Of a stretch of DNA of 64,000 bases, positions 1 to 7,959 are shown in pieces; within the stretch, counting starts at the first letter, position 1; each line of letters opens with the position of its first letter. Below the pieces are notes generated by a model. That model did not search any database, was not told the DNA's origin, and saw only the letters and a list, made by a program, of their open reading frames with translations. A program made the position numbers and the translations under genes. Origin of the DNA: an uncultured Granulosicoccaceae bacterium (lineage in GTDB: Bacteria; Pseudomonadota; Gammaproteobacteria; Granulosicoccales; Granulosicoccaceae); assembly GCA_938035125.1 (NCBI GenBank), contig CALHNS010000005.1:8469-72468 (forward strand). Reading direction: 5' to 3'.

Positions 1-4
1 CAAA

Positions 5-49
5 CAACACACCTCGCGTCAAAGTGGGTGCTGACGCGCCGATGTGTTG
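5..49 (-). terminator. two-tier imperfect hairpin downstream of the CDS ending at 77
   Basis: Arms CAACACA(5-11)/TGTGTTG(43-49) and CGCGTC(15-20)/GACGCG(33-38). On the minus strand it is followed only by TTTG, so the U-tract is weak. Confidence 0.3.
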
Positions 50-76
50 GGTCATTCGTATAGCCGGTTGGTGATA

Positions 77-1393
77 TTACTCAATGAATATTGCAGTGGA
101 ATTTTCAGCAGATACCAATTCTAAAAGCCCCATCTGCGATGGGTCTCTCCAGGTGTTATCACGCTCTGCAATATTGTCAGGTGCAGAAGGCGCTTCCCAA
201 CCAAATTTGAAATCTCGTTCACCACCATCAACATCGTTATTGATTTGTACGTCAAATCCCATTGATCGGTCCAACGGAATTCCTAACACATCAAGATCTA
301 AGCGAACTTCATATACGTGTTGATCGCAAGCAACACAGGTGGCAAAACTTACGCCTTCAAAATCGACGATATCCGCTGAATTAAAACCAGGTTCACCCCG
401 ACCATTCGGGTTCAAAGTGCCATCGGCTAGGTGAGAAGAATTATCGGCGATTGAATTCAATTGAGTTAACGGAATGATCATGTGGTAGTCATCCACGCCA
501 TCATAGGTTCTGCCTTGGCTTCTATTACCGTCCCAAAATATATCGATGGCATCGTCCATCCACGGCTGAACAGAATCACCTTGCGTGGTTCGATTCATTC
601 CAATTTCACCAAACACCAAAATATAGAGGTATTGGCCATCGTGCATAGCGCCCCAACGGAATTCTGTGTTCTGGTCGGGTCGAATTGGGTCAAAACCCAC
701 CATGCGGTTATCAATAAACAAGTTATTGCCATTGCGATCTTGGTACTGGGCCCGTCTCCAAACATCATCAAACCGGCCATCAATCACCACAGGAAAATTC
801 GTGGTGTTAACAAAAGGCACAAACGCGTTAGCCCGAGCAACAGGATCAAACGAATCAAACGGGCTTGAATTTTCAACGCGCTCAGAGAAATTAGGCACAT
901 TGTCATTGTCTAAATCTAGGCGCGGATAGGTACGAAAATCTTGAGTTTCGTAATCATCTTCAAGAAAACTGACTTCAACGTTACTGTTTATTCGAGGAAA
1001 ATCTTCTTCAAGTATTGCCAACAGTAATTCTTGGGTAACAGCGTTTTGCCCTGAAACTAATTCTATCCATTCCACCCGCAATTCAACTGCTTCGCCTTCA
1101 GGGACCTGAGTGGTTCCGCGAAACACAGACGTATCGGCTAATCGGGTGGGATTAAACCGCTCGCCGTTGATGGTGACCCGAGCAATGAGATCATCCGGGT
1201 TTACCGTTCTATTTTGTAAAAACCGAGGCATTGTTAATTCAAGCGCTTGCGTATTAGCGCCAATGGGCGACAGTGCCAAGGTTCCAGAGGAATCAGAACA
1301 AGCGGTTAAAAACAACGCCAAAACCAAAGACGCACCGAGCCTTAGCCACAGTGCAATTTTGCGGGTTAATTGGGTTTGAAAACGTTTGATCAT
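77..1393 (-). CDS. lipoprotein with C-terminal CBM9-like (carbohydrate-binding family 9 / DOMON-like) domain, no catalytic domain
   Basis: ORF track gives 77..1447. I prefer the internal ATG at 1393: MIKRFQTQLTRK, hydrophobic core and lipobox LTAC, and it overlaps the upstream stop as ATGA (1390-1393). Blocks IDGRFDDVW, WGAMHDGQYLYILV, WMDDAIDIFWDG, YEVRLDL, GFDVQINND, TWRDPSQMGLLEL fit my memory of CBM9-like domains. One Ca-type motif LDLDNDNVPN. Confidence 0.7.
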   Translation of the reverse strand: MIKRFQTQLTRKIALWLRLGASLVLALFLTACSDSSGTLALSPIGANTQALELTMPRFLQNRTVNPDDLIARVTINGERFNPTRLADTSVFRGTTQVPEGEAVELRVEWIELVSGQNAVTQELLLAILEEDFPRINSNVEVSFLEDDYETQDFRTYPRLDLDNDNVPNFSERVENSSPFDSFDPVARANAFVPFVNTTNFPVVIDGRFDDVWRRAQYQDRNGNNLFIDNRMVGFDPIRPDQNTEFRWGAMHDGQYLYILVFGEIGMNRTTQGDSVQPWMDDAIDIFWDGNRSQGRTYDGVDDYHMIIPLTQLNSIADNSSHLADGTLNPNGRGEPGFNSADIVDFEGVSFATCVACDQHVYEVRLDLDVLGIPLDRSMGFDVQINNDVDGGERDFKFGWEAPSAPDNIAERDNTWRDPSQMGLLELVSAENSTAIFIE

Positions 1394-2109
1394 GGGCCAC
1401 CTGGTGCGTTTATCGTAATCGTAAAATCGCACAATCCATTGAGGCAATCGCCTGTGTTCATAGGACCTGGATTAATACTGCCATCATCACCGCCACTTGA
1501 ATTTGCTAACGCACCTACCAGTGCACCTAAAACCAATGCACCCGCAACGTAATAAAATGGTTTGTAGTTTCTTTTAGCTGGCTCAGGTTCTACCGCAGGA
1601 ACCACCGCGGGCTGCGGTAGCTCGATAAATCGAACGAGTGGGCTGAAGTTATAACCGCGCAATGTACGGTTACCGCTTACATCTCGCGCTTCAAAATAAT
1701 ACTGAATGGCTCGATCGCTTTGAATATCCATTGGCACTTGTACGATAAAAGTGGATGAGAACGACACACGATCCATTTCTACGCTGGTGTAATTTCTATC
1801 ACCTTCGAATCGATACAAAAATCGCACACTGGCCAGTTCATCATCGTCTGCAACTGTTGCAGTAAAGCTTTGGCGGTCAGCCGCTTCGGCCGACTCAATA
1901 ACCTCGTGCTCAATAATCGGCGGTTCGACATCAAAGCCCTGGGCAGAGACGTCCATCACCGTAATGATCTGCGCTACACAGAACCAAACGATGCAAGCCA
2001 TCCTGACTAGTAATTTGTTCGTCAACCGCGTTTCCTCATCCGCCGATTCGGGCCATCTGCATAGACTACCCAGAAACGATTTCATTGCCGAAAAATCGTT
2101 GTAAAACAA
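1390..2109 (-). CDS. hypothetical exported/membrane-anchored protein (beta-sandwich-like domain, Pro-rich linker, C-terminal TM helix)
   Basis: 239-aa ORF. Hydrophobic N-terminal segment MACIVWFCVAQIITVMDVSAQG, linker PQPAVVPAVEPEPAK, TM FYYVAGALVLGALVGALA, Gly/Cys tail. The start is uncertain (Met at 2109, 2085 or 2001). The stop overlaps the next gene's start (ATGA). Confidence 0.5.
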   Translation of the reverse strand: MFYNDFSAMKSFLGSLCRWPESADEETRLTNKLLVRMACIVWFCVAQIITVMDVSAQGFDVEPPIIEHEVIESAEAADRQSFTATVADDDELASVRFLYRFEGDRNYTSVEMDRVSFSSTFIVQVPMDIQSDRAIQYYFEARDVSGNRTLRGYNFSPLVRFIELPQPAVVPAVEPEPAKRNYKPFYYVAGALVLGALVGALANSSGGDDGSINPGPMNTGDCLNGLCDFTITINAPGGP

Positions 2110-2238
2110 CGAGGTAATTTTACCAAAGGACTTCAGCCCACACCAGACCTATCACTCATTATCGCGGTTACAAGTAGGTAGGCGTCTGTCTGTTGCATAA
2201 TTGCGGTATTAATGTGAAACCGATACGGACCCGCTGCC

Positions 2239-2835
2239 ATGAGAAAATACAGACGCTTCCTCCCCATTATCGCCGTGGTTCTGGTGGCTCTTGGGGCCAA
2301 GTTGGATGAATTTGGTATCGATTTGGATGCTCTGACTCGGGGAGAATCTCCGTTTACCAGTCAAAGCGCCAATAATTCAGCACCTGGCAATTCGAATTCA
2401 GCCAGTAGAGGCAATACTGGCAACCAGCACAGCGGCCAGAAATGGTCCGATACGTCGCCCAACATCAACTTGCATCACGTTTTCGAAGGCGAGATCAACC
2501 GACGCAATGCCCCCACAGGTTTTCATTCTCGACCCGGTGGCAAAGACCCGCAGAACGCGCGCGTGGTGGCCATTAGAGATAAACCGAATCGTCATGGTGT
2601 GTACACCGCCACTATCGCCGTGCGCGACGGTGGGCAATGGAAAGAAAAGTTTTCCTCTTTCTTTCCCGACAATCTTTCCCGAGATGAGGTGATCAATGTC
2701 ATTTTAAATGCCTACAACAAAGGCGATAAAAACGTACCTAAGTGGGAAGGCCCATCTGGGTTAGGCTTTCAAGTGCAGGGCTACACTTCCAATAGCGGTG
2801 GAATCAATACCGCGTTTCCAGTGCACGTTCGCTAA
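2239..2835 (+). CDS. exported or membrane-anchored bacterial EndoU-like ribonuclease domain protein
   Basis: N-terminal MRKYRRFLPIIAVVLVALGA signal/anchor, then a Ser/Asn/Gly-rich linker. The C-terminal part (HHVFEGEINRRNAPTGFHSRPGG ... SSFFPDNLSRDEVINVILNAY ... INTAFPV) resembles the two-His EndoU_bacteria signature as I remember it. Confidence 0.55.
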   Translation: MRKYRRFLPIIAVVLVALGAKLDEFGIDLDALTRGESPFTSQSANNSAPGNSNSASRGNTGNQHSGQKWSDTSPNINLHHVFEGEINRRNAPTGFHSRPGGKDPQNARVVAIRDKPNRHGVYTATIAVRDGGQWKEKFSSFFPDNLSRDEVINVILNAYNKGDKNVPKWEGPSGLGFQVQGYTSNSGGINTAFPVHVR

Positions 2836-2859
2836 GGTGCAAAAGAGTCGCTGCTTACA

Positions 2860-2917
2860 ATAAGTGAGAGGTACATCTCACTTATCAAACTCTGGCCGTT
2901 TCATTTAATAAACGGCC
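2860..2917 (+). terminator. two tandem stem-loops in the EndoU / voltage-sensor spacer
   Basis: ATAAGTGAGA(2860-2869)/TCTCACTTAT(2876-2885), a perfect 10-bp stem with 6-nt loop. GGCCGTTT(2894-2901)/AAACGGCC(2910-2917), an 8-bp stem. Neither is followed by a clear U-tract. Confidence 0.35.
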
Positions 2918-2935
2918 CTGCCGCTGTTACTTTAC

Positions 2936-3928
2936 ATGAGTACCCATGCCAGCCCAGATCTGAACAAACAGCGCAGTATTGACGATCGGCTCGCACCGGG
3001 GATGTTCGGGTTAGCGATCGCATTTTTAATGGTGCTCGCCGCATTGATCGTAGCTTGGGTGGACATACCTCGTGTGGTGGAATTAACCCTATTGGATTCA
3101 GGAGAATCGGCGTTAACCCATGATGCGCTAATGCGCTTAGACTTGGCCAAAGAGGTAAGCCGCAACCTCCTATTTATGTTGCTGTGTATATGGCCTATTT
3201 TTATCGCAGAATCTATTTACCGAATCATTTTAGCTAAATCGATTCCCACACCACGCAAACACATTCTGTTGCACGTTGCCAGCGCTGTTGTGCCCCCTAT
3301 TTGGATGGGCATACCATCGATTGCATGGCAAGGACGTCAATGGATACCGATATTGCACTGGGTGCACCCTGGCAAACAATCATCGCAAACGCTAACCCGA
3401 TTTTTTGGCAAGCCCATGGTGGCCATTGCCTTACTCATTTTGCCCATATTGTTATTGGAATTTGGTTTAAAGTCATTAGTGGCCGAGCATTTTTGGCTAC
3501 AAATGATTATTCACATCGCTACAGGTTTCATTTGGTTTGCATTCACTGTTGAATTTATTTTAATGCTGGGTGTTACCGATAAAAAACTTCAGTACATCAA
3601 GAAGAATTGGATTGATCTGGCCATTATTTTATTACCGTTAATCTCCTTTCTTCGCAGCATTCGCGTTCTGCGCCTAGCAAAGCTTGCAAAGATCCAAAAA
3701 CTTGCGAAGATGGGTCGCATTTATCGCATGCGTGGTTTGGGTACTAAGTTATTTCGAGCGCTGCTGATGTTTCAGGTGGTTAATCGCATCCTGCGCATTA
3801 CACCTGAAAAAAAGCTGGAAAAACTTAAAGCGCTACGAGCTGATCACCTAGAAGAATTAGCCGATATTGATGCCGATATTGAAGCACTCACACTAGAGCT
3901 TGGCGATAACACTTTAGTGCGCACATAG
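2936..3928 (+). CDS. multi-pass membrane protein with a voltage-sensor domain (S1-S4) but no pore domain; C-terminal coiled-coil-like tail
   Basis: S2-like IWFAFTVEFILML and S3-like NWIDLAIILLPLISFL. S4 is RSIRVLRLAKLAKIQKLAKMGRIYRMR (nt 3653-3733) with Arg/Lys at every third position. Only ~64 aa follow S4, ending in EKKLEKLKALRADHLEELADIDADIEALTLEL. Confidence 0.65.
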   Translation: MSTHASPDLNKQRSIDDRLAPGMFGLAIAFLMVLAALIVAWVDIPRVVELTLLDSGESALTHDALMRLDLAKEVSRNLLFMLLCIWPIFIAESIYRIILAKSIPTPRKHILLHVASAVVPPIWMGIPSIAWQGRQWIPILHWVHPGKQSSQTLTRFFGKPMVAIALLILPILLLEFGLKSLVAEHFWLQMIIHIATGFIWFAFTVEFILMLGVTDKKLQYIKKNWIDLAIILLPLISFLRSIRVLRLAKLAKIQKLAKMGRIYRMRGLGTKLFRALLMFQVVNRILRITPEKKLEKLKALRADHLEELADIDADIEALTLELGDNTLVRT

Positions 3929-3963
3929 GCTTATTAGCTTAAACAATCACAACCCTTGAATGC

Positions 3964-4434
3964 TTATGTTGCACTAGGTGATAGCCGCATATCCCAATGT
4001 GGAATACCGTCTTCCAAATACGCATCCGATATCACCTTAAAACCAAAATGCTGATACAACCGCTCAACACCCACTTGAGCTGATAGTTCAAGCACGTCCC
4101 TCGGATACACCCGTTCGCAATACGCCATTACTCGGCTCATCAACTCATAAGATAAACCGGTGCCTCGATGTTCAGGCGCTACCACCACGCGCCCAATTCG
4201 CACAGGTTGGGTAGCATCTGATGCGAGCACACGGGCAGCAGCAATCACCTCCCCATGAGGCTGGACTGCAAAAATATGCTGCGTACTTAACAAAGCATCC
4301 TTACCATCCAACTCAGGATAAACGCAAGCTTGTTCTACAACAAAGACGTCAATGCGAAGTTTTAATAGGTTATGAAATTCTTGCGCGCTTATTTCACTAA
4401 TGCTGGCATCAAACCAACGCAGCGATTCACTCAC
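3964..4434 (-). CDS. elaA: GNAT family N-acetyltransferase, ElaA-like
   Basis: 156 aa. FHNLLKLRIDVFVVEQACVYPELDGKD, IGRVVVAPEHRGTGL and YLEDGIPHWDM run parallel to E. coli ElaA as I recall it. GTG start overlaps the upstream stop (GTGA, 4431-4434). Confidence 0.8.
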   Translation of the reverse strand: MSESLRWFDASISEISAQEFHNLLKLRIDVFVVEQACVYPELDGKDALLSTQHIFAVQPHGEVIAAARVLASDATQPVRIGRVVVAPEHRGTGLSYELMSRVMAYCERVYPRDVLELSAQVGVERLYQHFGFKVISDAYLEDGIPHWDMRLSPSAT

Positions 4435-5141
4435 GCCTCACCAATCCTTTCACGTTGAGCCGATTCCAGCTGCTGATCTAATGACACATGATCTCCGTCC
4501 GTGGTTCCTGCACGGTGAGCATCCCCATCTCGGTAACGCACTTTTCTAGGACGCGTACGAGCCAAGTCACCTGAGCAAGCCTTACGCACAAGTTCTAACT
4601 TTCTAACCACCAGCGCATGATCTTCTGCAACCGCTTCTGATGGGTTCGAAGTTGAATCAACACGGGCTTTACCCCGTCGCTCTTCGTCGATTAATTGACA
4701 ACGACGCATAACCGAGATGGCGTACCCAACTCGATAGTCGAAACTCGCTGAACGTCCAGGGCCTACATCACCCGTGGTTTTACGTAGCTTCAACGATCGC
4801 TCCATCGCATCAAATAAATACTGATAAGTCAGTGGCGCCACATCGGCATCCACGCTGAACCCTCGAAATTCGATATGGCCTGAATCAACACACAGACAAT
4901 CGTGCAACAAGCCCACCGAGGCACCTAATACAGAAACATAGGCCGGAGTTGAGCGATAGCCTTTACCTACTTTGATAGAACTAAACTCTGGGGTTTCTAA
5001 ATCGGCCTCAGTCACACCAAATCGTTGCATCAATGACTGGCAACGCCGAAGGGCGATTTCAGCCTCATGAGGCGAGGATTCAGCCTCTTGCGCCATTGCA
5101 TAAAGCTTTCGTATGCGTTCTAGTAGCTTTTGGCGTTCCAA
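4431..5141 (-). CDS. DUF2786 domain-containing protein
   Basis: The N-terminus LLERIRKLYAMAQEAESSPHEAEIALRRCQSLMQRFGV is the typical DUF2786 helix pair. The rest is uncharacterised. Confidence 0.65.
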   Translation of the reverse strand: MERQKLLERIRKLYAMAQEAESSPHEAEIALRRCQSLMQRFGVTEADLETPEFSSIKVGKGYRSTPAYVSVLGASVGLLHDCLCVDSGHIEFRGFSVDADVAPLTYQYLFDAMERSLKLRKTTGDVGPGRSASFDYRVGYAISVMRRCQLIDEERRGKARVDSTSNPSEAVAEDHALVVRKLELVRKACSGDLARTRPRKVRYRDGDAHRAGTTDGDHVSLDQQLESAQRERIGEA

Positions 5142-5328
5142 CGTTAATTCAATCCTTTTTAGTGTTTTGAAGTGGCTTGCGGGTGGCTTAGTCGTGGCGC
5201 AGCGCCCGTACCCATCATCCTATCCGATTACTTAGCACTTGACCTTGCACAAAATTCAGGCACAGTAGGTAACACAGGGCGGCGACGCCTATGACAAATA
5301 CAAAAACGACACACATTAGGAGAATGGT

Positions 5329-6918
5329 ATGACCCGTAAGACCTTGTCAGCAGCCATATTGGTTGCCCTAGCCCTCTCAGGGACGGCAGGCGTTGCCAAC
5401 GCTGAAACTCTGCGTTGGGCCCGAGCCGGGGATTCACTTACCCTTGATCCACATGCGCAAAACGAAGGCCCAACGCACACCTTGGCGCATCAAATGTACG
5501 AGCCATTGTTGCAACGCGACATGTCAGGCGCAGTTATACCTGCACTTGCCACCGAATGGGCGCCCACGGATGACCCCACTGTTTGGCGTTTTAAATTGCG
5601 CGAAGGCGTTACCTTTCACGATGGTGCCGAATTTAATGCCGACGACGTGTTGTTCTCGTTAGAGCGCGCGATGAAGCCTACTTCTGCCATGAAAGAATTG
5701 CTGTCTTCTGTGGTTAGCGTTACTAAAGTTGATGACTTCACCATCGACATCAAAACCGATGGCCCAAATCCTTTGATGCCTGCGAACTTAACCAATACCT
5801 TTATTATGGATTCGGATTGGGCCGCTGCTAACGACTCTGCCGAACCGCAAGACATTGCCAATGGTGGCGATAATTTCGCCGCTAAGAACACCAATGGCAC
5901 AGGTGCATTCAAATTGGTGTCGCGCGTTGTCGATGAGAAAACGGTTCTTGTGGCTAATGAAAATTATTGGGGTAAAGATGATTTCCCCATGGAAGTCACA
6001 GAAATTATTTACACACCCATCCAATCGGCTGCCACACGTGTTGCCGCCCTTTTATCAGGGGAAGTCGATTACATACAAGACGTACCCGTTCAAGATCTTG
6101 AGCGTGTTGATAGCACCGATGGCTTGAAAGTGGTTAAAGCTGCACAAAACCGTACCATCTTTTTTGGCATGAACAGCGGTGATGATGACTTAACCTCAGA
6201 TAACGTTGACGGCAAAAACCCGTTCGCCGATGTGCGTGTTCGCCAAGCGATGAACATGGCATTAAACCGTGATGCCATTCAACGCGTTGTAATGCGTGAT
6301 CAATCTGAACCAACAGGTGTAATCATGCCTCCGTTTGTTAACGGCTGGACAGAAGAACTGCACGCCTACCCAGCAGTGGATGTCGATGCCGCCAAAGCAT
6401 TAATGGCTGATGCTGGTTACGGCGATGGGTTTTCCATTGTGTTGAACTGCCCTAATGATCGCTATATAAACGATGAAGCCATTTGCCAAGCGGCTGTGGG
6501 AATGTTTGCGCAAATCGGAGTTACGGTCAATTTAGACGCGAAACCCAAAGCTCAACATTTCCCGCTTATACAAAATAAAACAACCGATTTCTACATGTTA
6601 GGTTGGGGTGTTCCAACGTTTGATTCTGAATACATCTTTAATTTCCTTTTACACAGCACCACCGATGAGCTGGGTTCTTGGAACAACACGCGCAGCTCAT
6701 CACCTGAACGAGATGCCATGATCGTTAGCTTGGCATCAGAAACGGATTTGGAAGCTAGAGATGCCACCATCAAAGCCATTTGGGATGGCGTACAAGCCGA
6801 TACCTTGTATCTTCCCATTCATAACCAGATTTTAAACTGGGGAATGAGCGATTCCATTAACTTTGATGTGCAACCAGAAGATCAACCGCACTTTAAATTC
6901 TTGACCTTCGCAAAGTAG
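5329..6918 (+). CDS. ABC transporter substrate-binding protein, family 5 (peptide/nickel/opine type)
   Basis: 529 aa with signal peptide ...TAGVANA. Typical SBP_bac_5 blocks (LTLDPH, GVTFHDG..F.ADDV, NENYWG). AGGAG Shine-Dalgarno upstream. First gene of a five-gene operon. Confidence 0.9.
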   Translation: MTRKTLSAAILVALALSGTAGVANAETLRWARAGDSLTLDPHAQNEGPTHTLAHQMYEPLLQRDMSGAVIPALATEWAPTDDPTVWRFKLREGVTFHDGAEFNADDVLFSLERAMKPTSAMKELLSSVVSVTKVDDFTIDIKTDGPNPLMPANLTNTFIMDSDWAAANDSAEPQDIANGGDNFAAKNTNGTGAFKLVSRVVDEKTVLVANENYWGKDDFPMEVTEIIYTPIQSAATRVAALLSGEVDYIQDVPVQDLERVDSTDGLKVVKAAQNRTIFFGMNSGDDDLTSDNVDGKNPFADVRVRQAMNMALNRDAIQRVVMRDQSEPTGVIMPPFVNGWTEELHAYPAVDVDAAKALMADAGYGDGFSIVLNCPNDRYINDEAICQAAVGMFAQIGVTVNLDAKPKAQHFPLIQNKTTDFYMLGWGVPTFDSEYIFNFLLHSTTDELGSWNNTRSSSPERDAMIVSLASETDLEARDATIKAIWDGVQADTLYLPIHNQILNWGMSDSINFDVQPEDQPHFKFLTFAK

Positions 6919-6929
6919 TGAATATAGAC

Positions 6930-6970
6930 TGGGCCCCACTCGACGCCAGTGGTATCAACGGTGGGGCCCA
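6930..6970 (+). promoter_or_regulatory. intercistronic stem-loop between the binding-protein and permease genes
   Basis: TGGGCCCCAC(6930-6939)/GTGGGGCCCA(6961-6970), a perfect 10-bp GC-rich stem with a 21-nt loop. It lies 12 nt after the stop and 9 nt before the next start. Confidence 0.5.
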
Positions 6971-6978
6971 TTAATTAA

Positions 6979-7959
6979 GTGTTCGCTTATATCATTCAGC
7001 GCCTGTTTCAAGGCGCGCTGGTTCTTGCCATTGTGGGCTTCATTGCGTTTAGCATGTTTCGCTTCATTGGCGACCCCTATGAAAACATCTTAGGCCAAGA
7101 CGCTACCGTTCTCGATCGCATCGCGTTAGAGGAACGTCTTGGCTTAAATAAACCCATACCTGTTCAATATTTCAAATTTCTAACCAATGCGGTGCAAGGC
7201 GAATTTGGTGTGTCCTATCGCAACGGCATTCCAGTATCGGAAATGATCGCCCAGCGACTGCCAGCAACCATAGAACTTGCGTTAGTATCCGCCATTTTCG
7301 CTTTGACTCTTGGCATCATCTTGGGCGTCTACACCGCCATAAACCGAGATGGATTCATCGCAAATTTCATCATGACAGCCTCATTAGTGGGCGTATCACT
7401 GCCCACTTTTTTAATCGGTATCTTACTGATCTGGATATTCGCTGTTGAACTGAATGTGTTGCCCTCTTTTGGTCGTGGCGACACAGTAACCATCTGGGGA
7501 TGGAAAACGGGGCTTGCTACCGCATCAGGCATCAAGTCTATTATTCTTCCGGCCATTACTCTCGGCCTTTATCAAATGACGTTAGTTATGCGTTTGGTGC
7601 GCTCGGAAATGCTAGAAGTGCTTCGAACCGATTACATTCGTTTTTTAAGAGCGCGCGGTTTAAGTTCTCGCGTAATCAATTTTGGCCATGCGTTAAAGAA
7701 CACCTTACTACCAGTGGTTACCATTATTGGTATTCAGTTAGGGCAAATCATTGCGTTTGCCATCATCACCGAAACGGTTTTCCAATGGCCAGGCGTTGGG
7801 CTGTTATTCATCAATGCGGTAAATTTCGTTGATGTCCCCATCATGGCAACCTATTTATTATTGGTTGGCACTTTATTCGTACTGATCAACTTAATTGTTG
7901 ATTTGTTATACGTGGTGATTGATCCGCGCCTACGCCTTGATGGAACGGAGGCGCGATAG
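6979..7959 (+). CDS. ABC transporter permease (DppB/OppB-like)
   Basis: 326 aa, multi-TM, BPD_transp_1-type core, GTG start. Operon position after the family-5 SBP. Confidence 0.9.
   Translation: MFAYIIQRLFQGALVLAIVGFIAFSMFRFIGDPYENILGQDATVLDRIALEERLGLNKPIPVQYFKFLTNAVQGEFGVSYRNGIPVSEMIAQRLPATIELALVSAIFALTLGIILGVYTAINRDGFIANFIMTASLVGVSLPTFLIGILLIWIFAVELNVLPSFGRGDTVTIWGWKTGLATASGIKSIILPAITLGLYQMTLVMRLVRSEMLEVLRTDYIRFLRARGLSSRVINFGHALKNTLLPVVTIIGIQLGQIIAFAIITETVFQWPGVGLLFINAVNFVDVPIMATYLLLVGTLFVLINLIVDLLYVVIDPRLRLDGTEAR

Noticed and set aside
3964-4434. GNAT as a TacT/AtaT-type toxin, with the upstream gene as antitoxin.
   Set aside because: The GNAT is collinear with ElaA rather than with the tRNA-acetylating toxin group. 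The upstream protein is a 236-aa DUF2786 protein, not a small RHH/DUF1778 antitoxin.
4431-5141. DUF2786 gene as evidence of a prophage or mobile element.
   Set aside because: No integrase, transposase, terminal repeats, tRNA target or phage structural genes occur anywhere in the window. A single phage-associated domain is insufficient.
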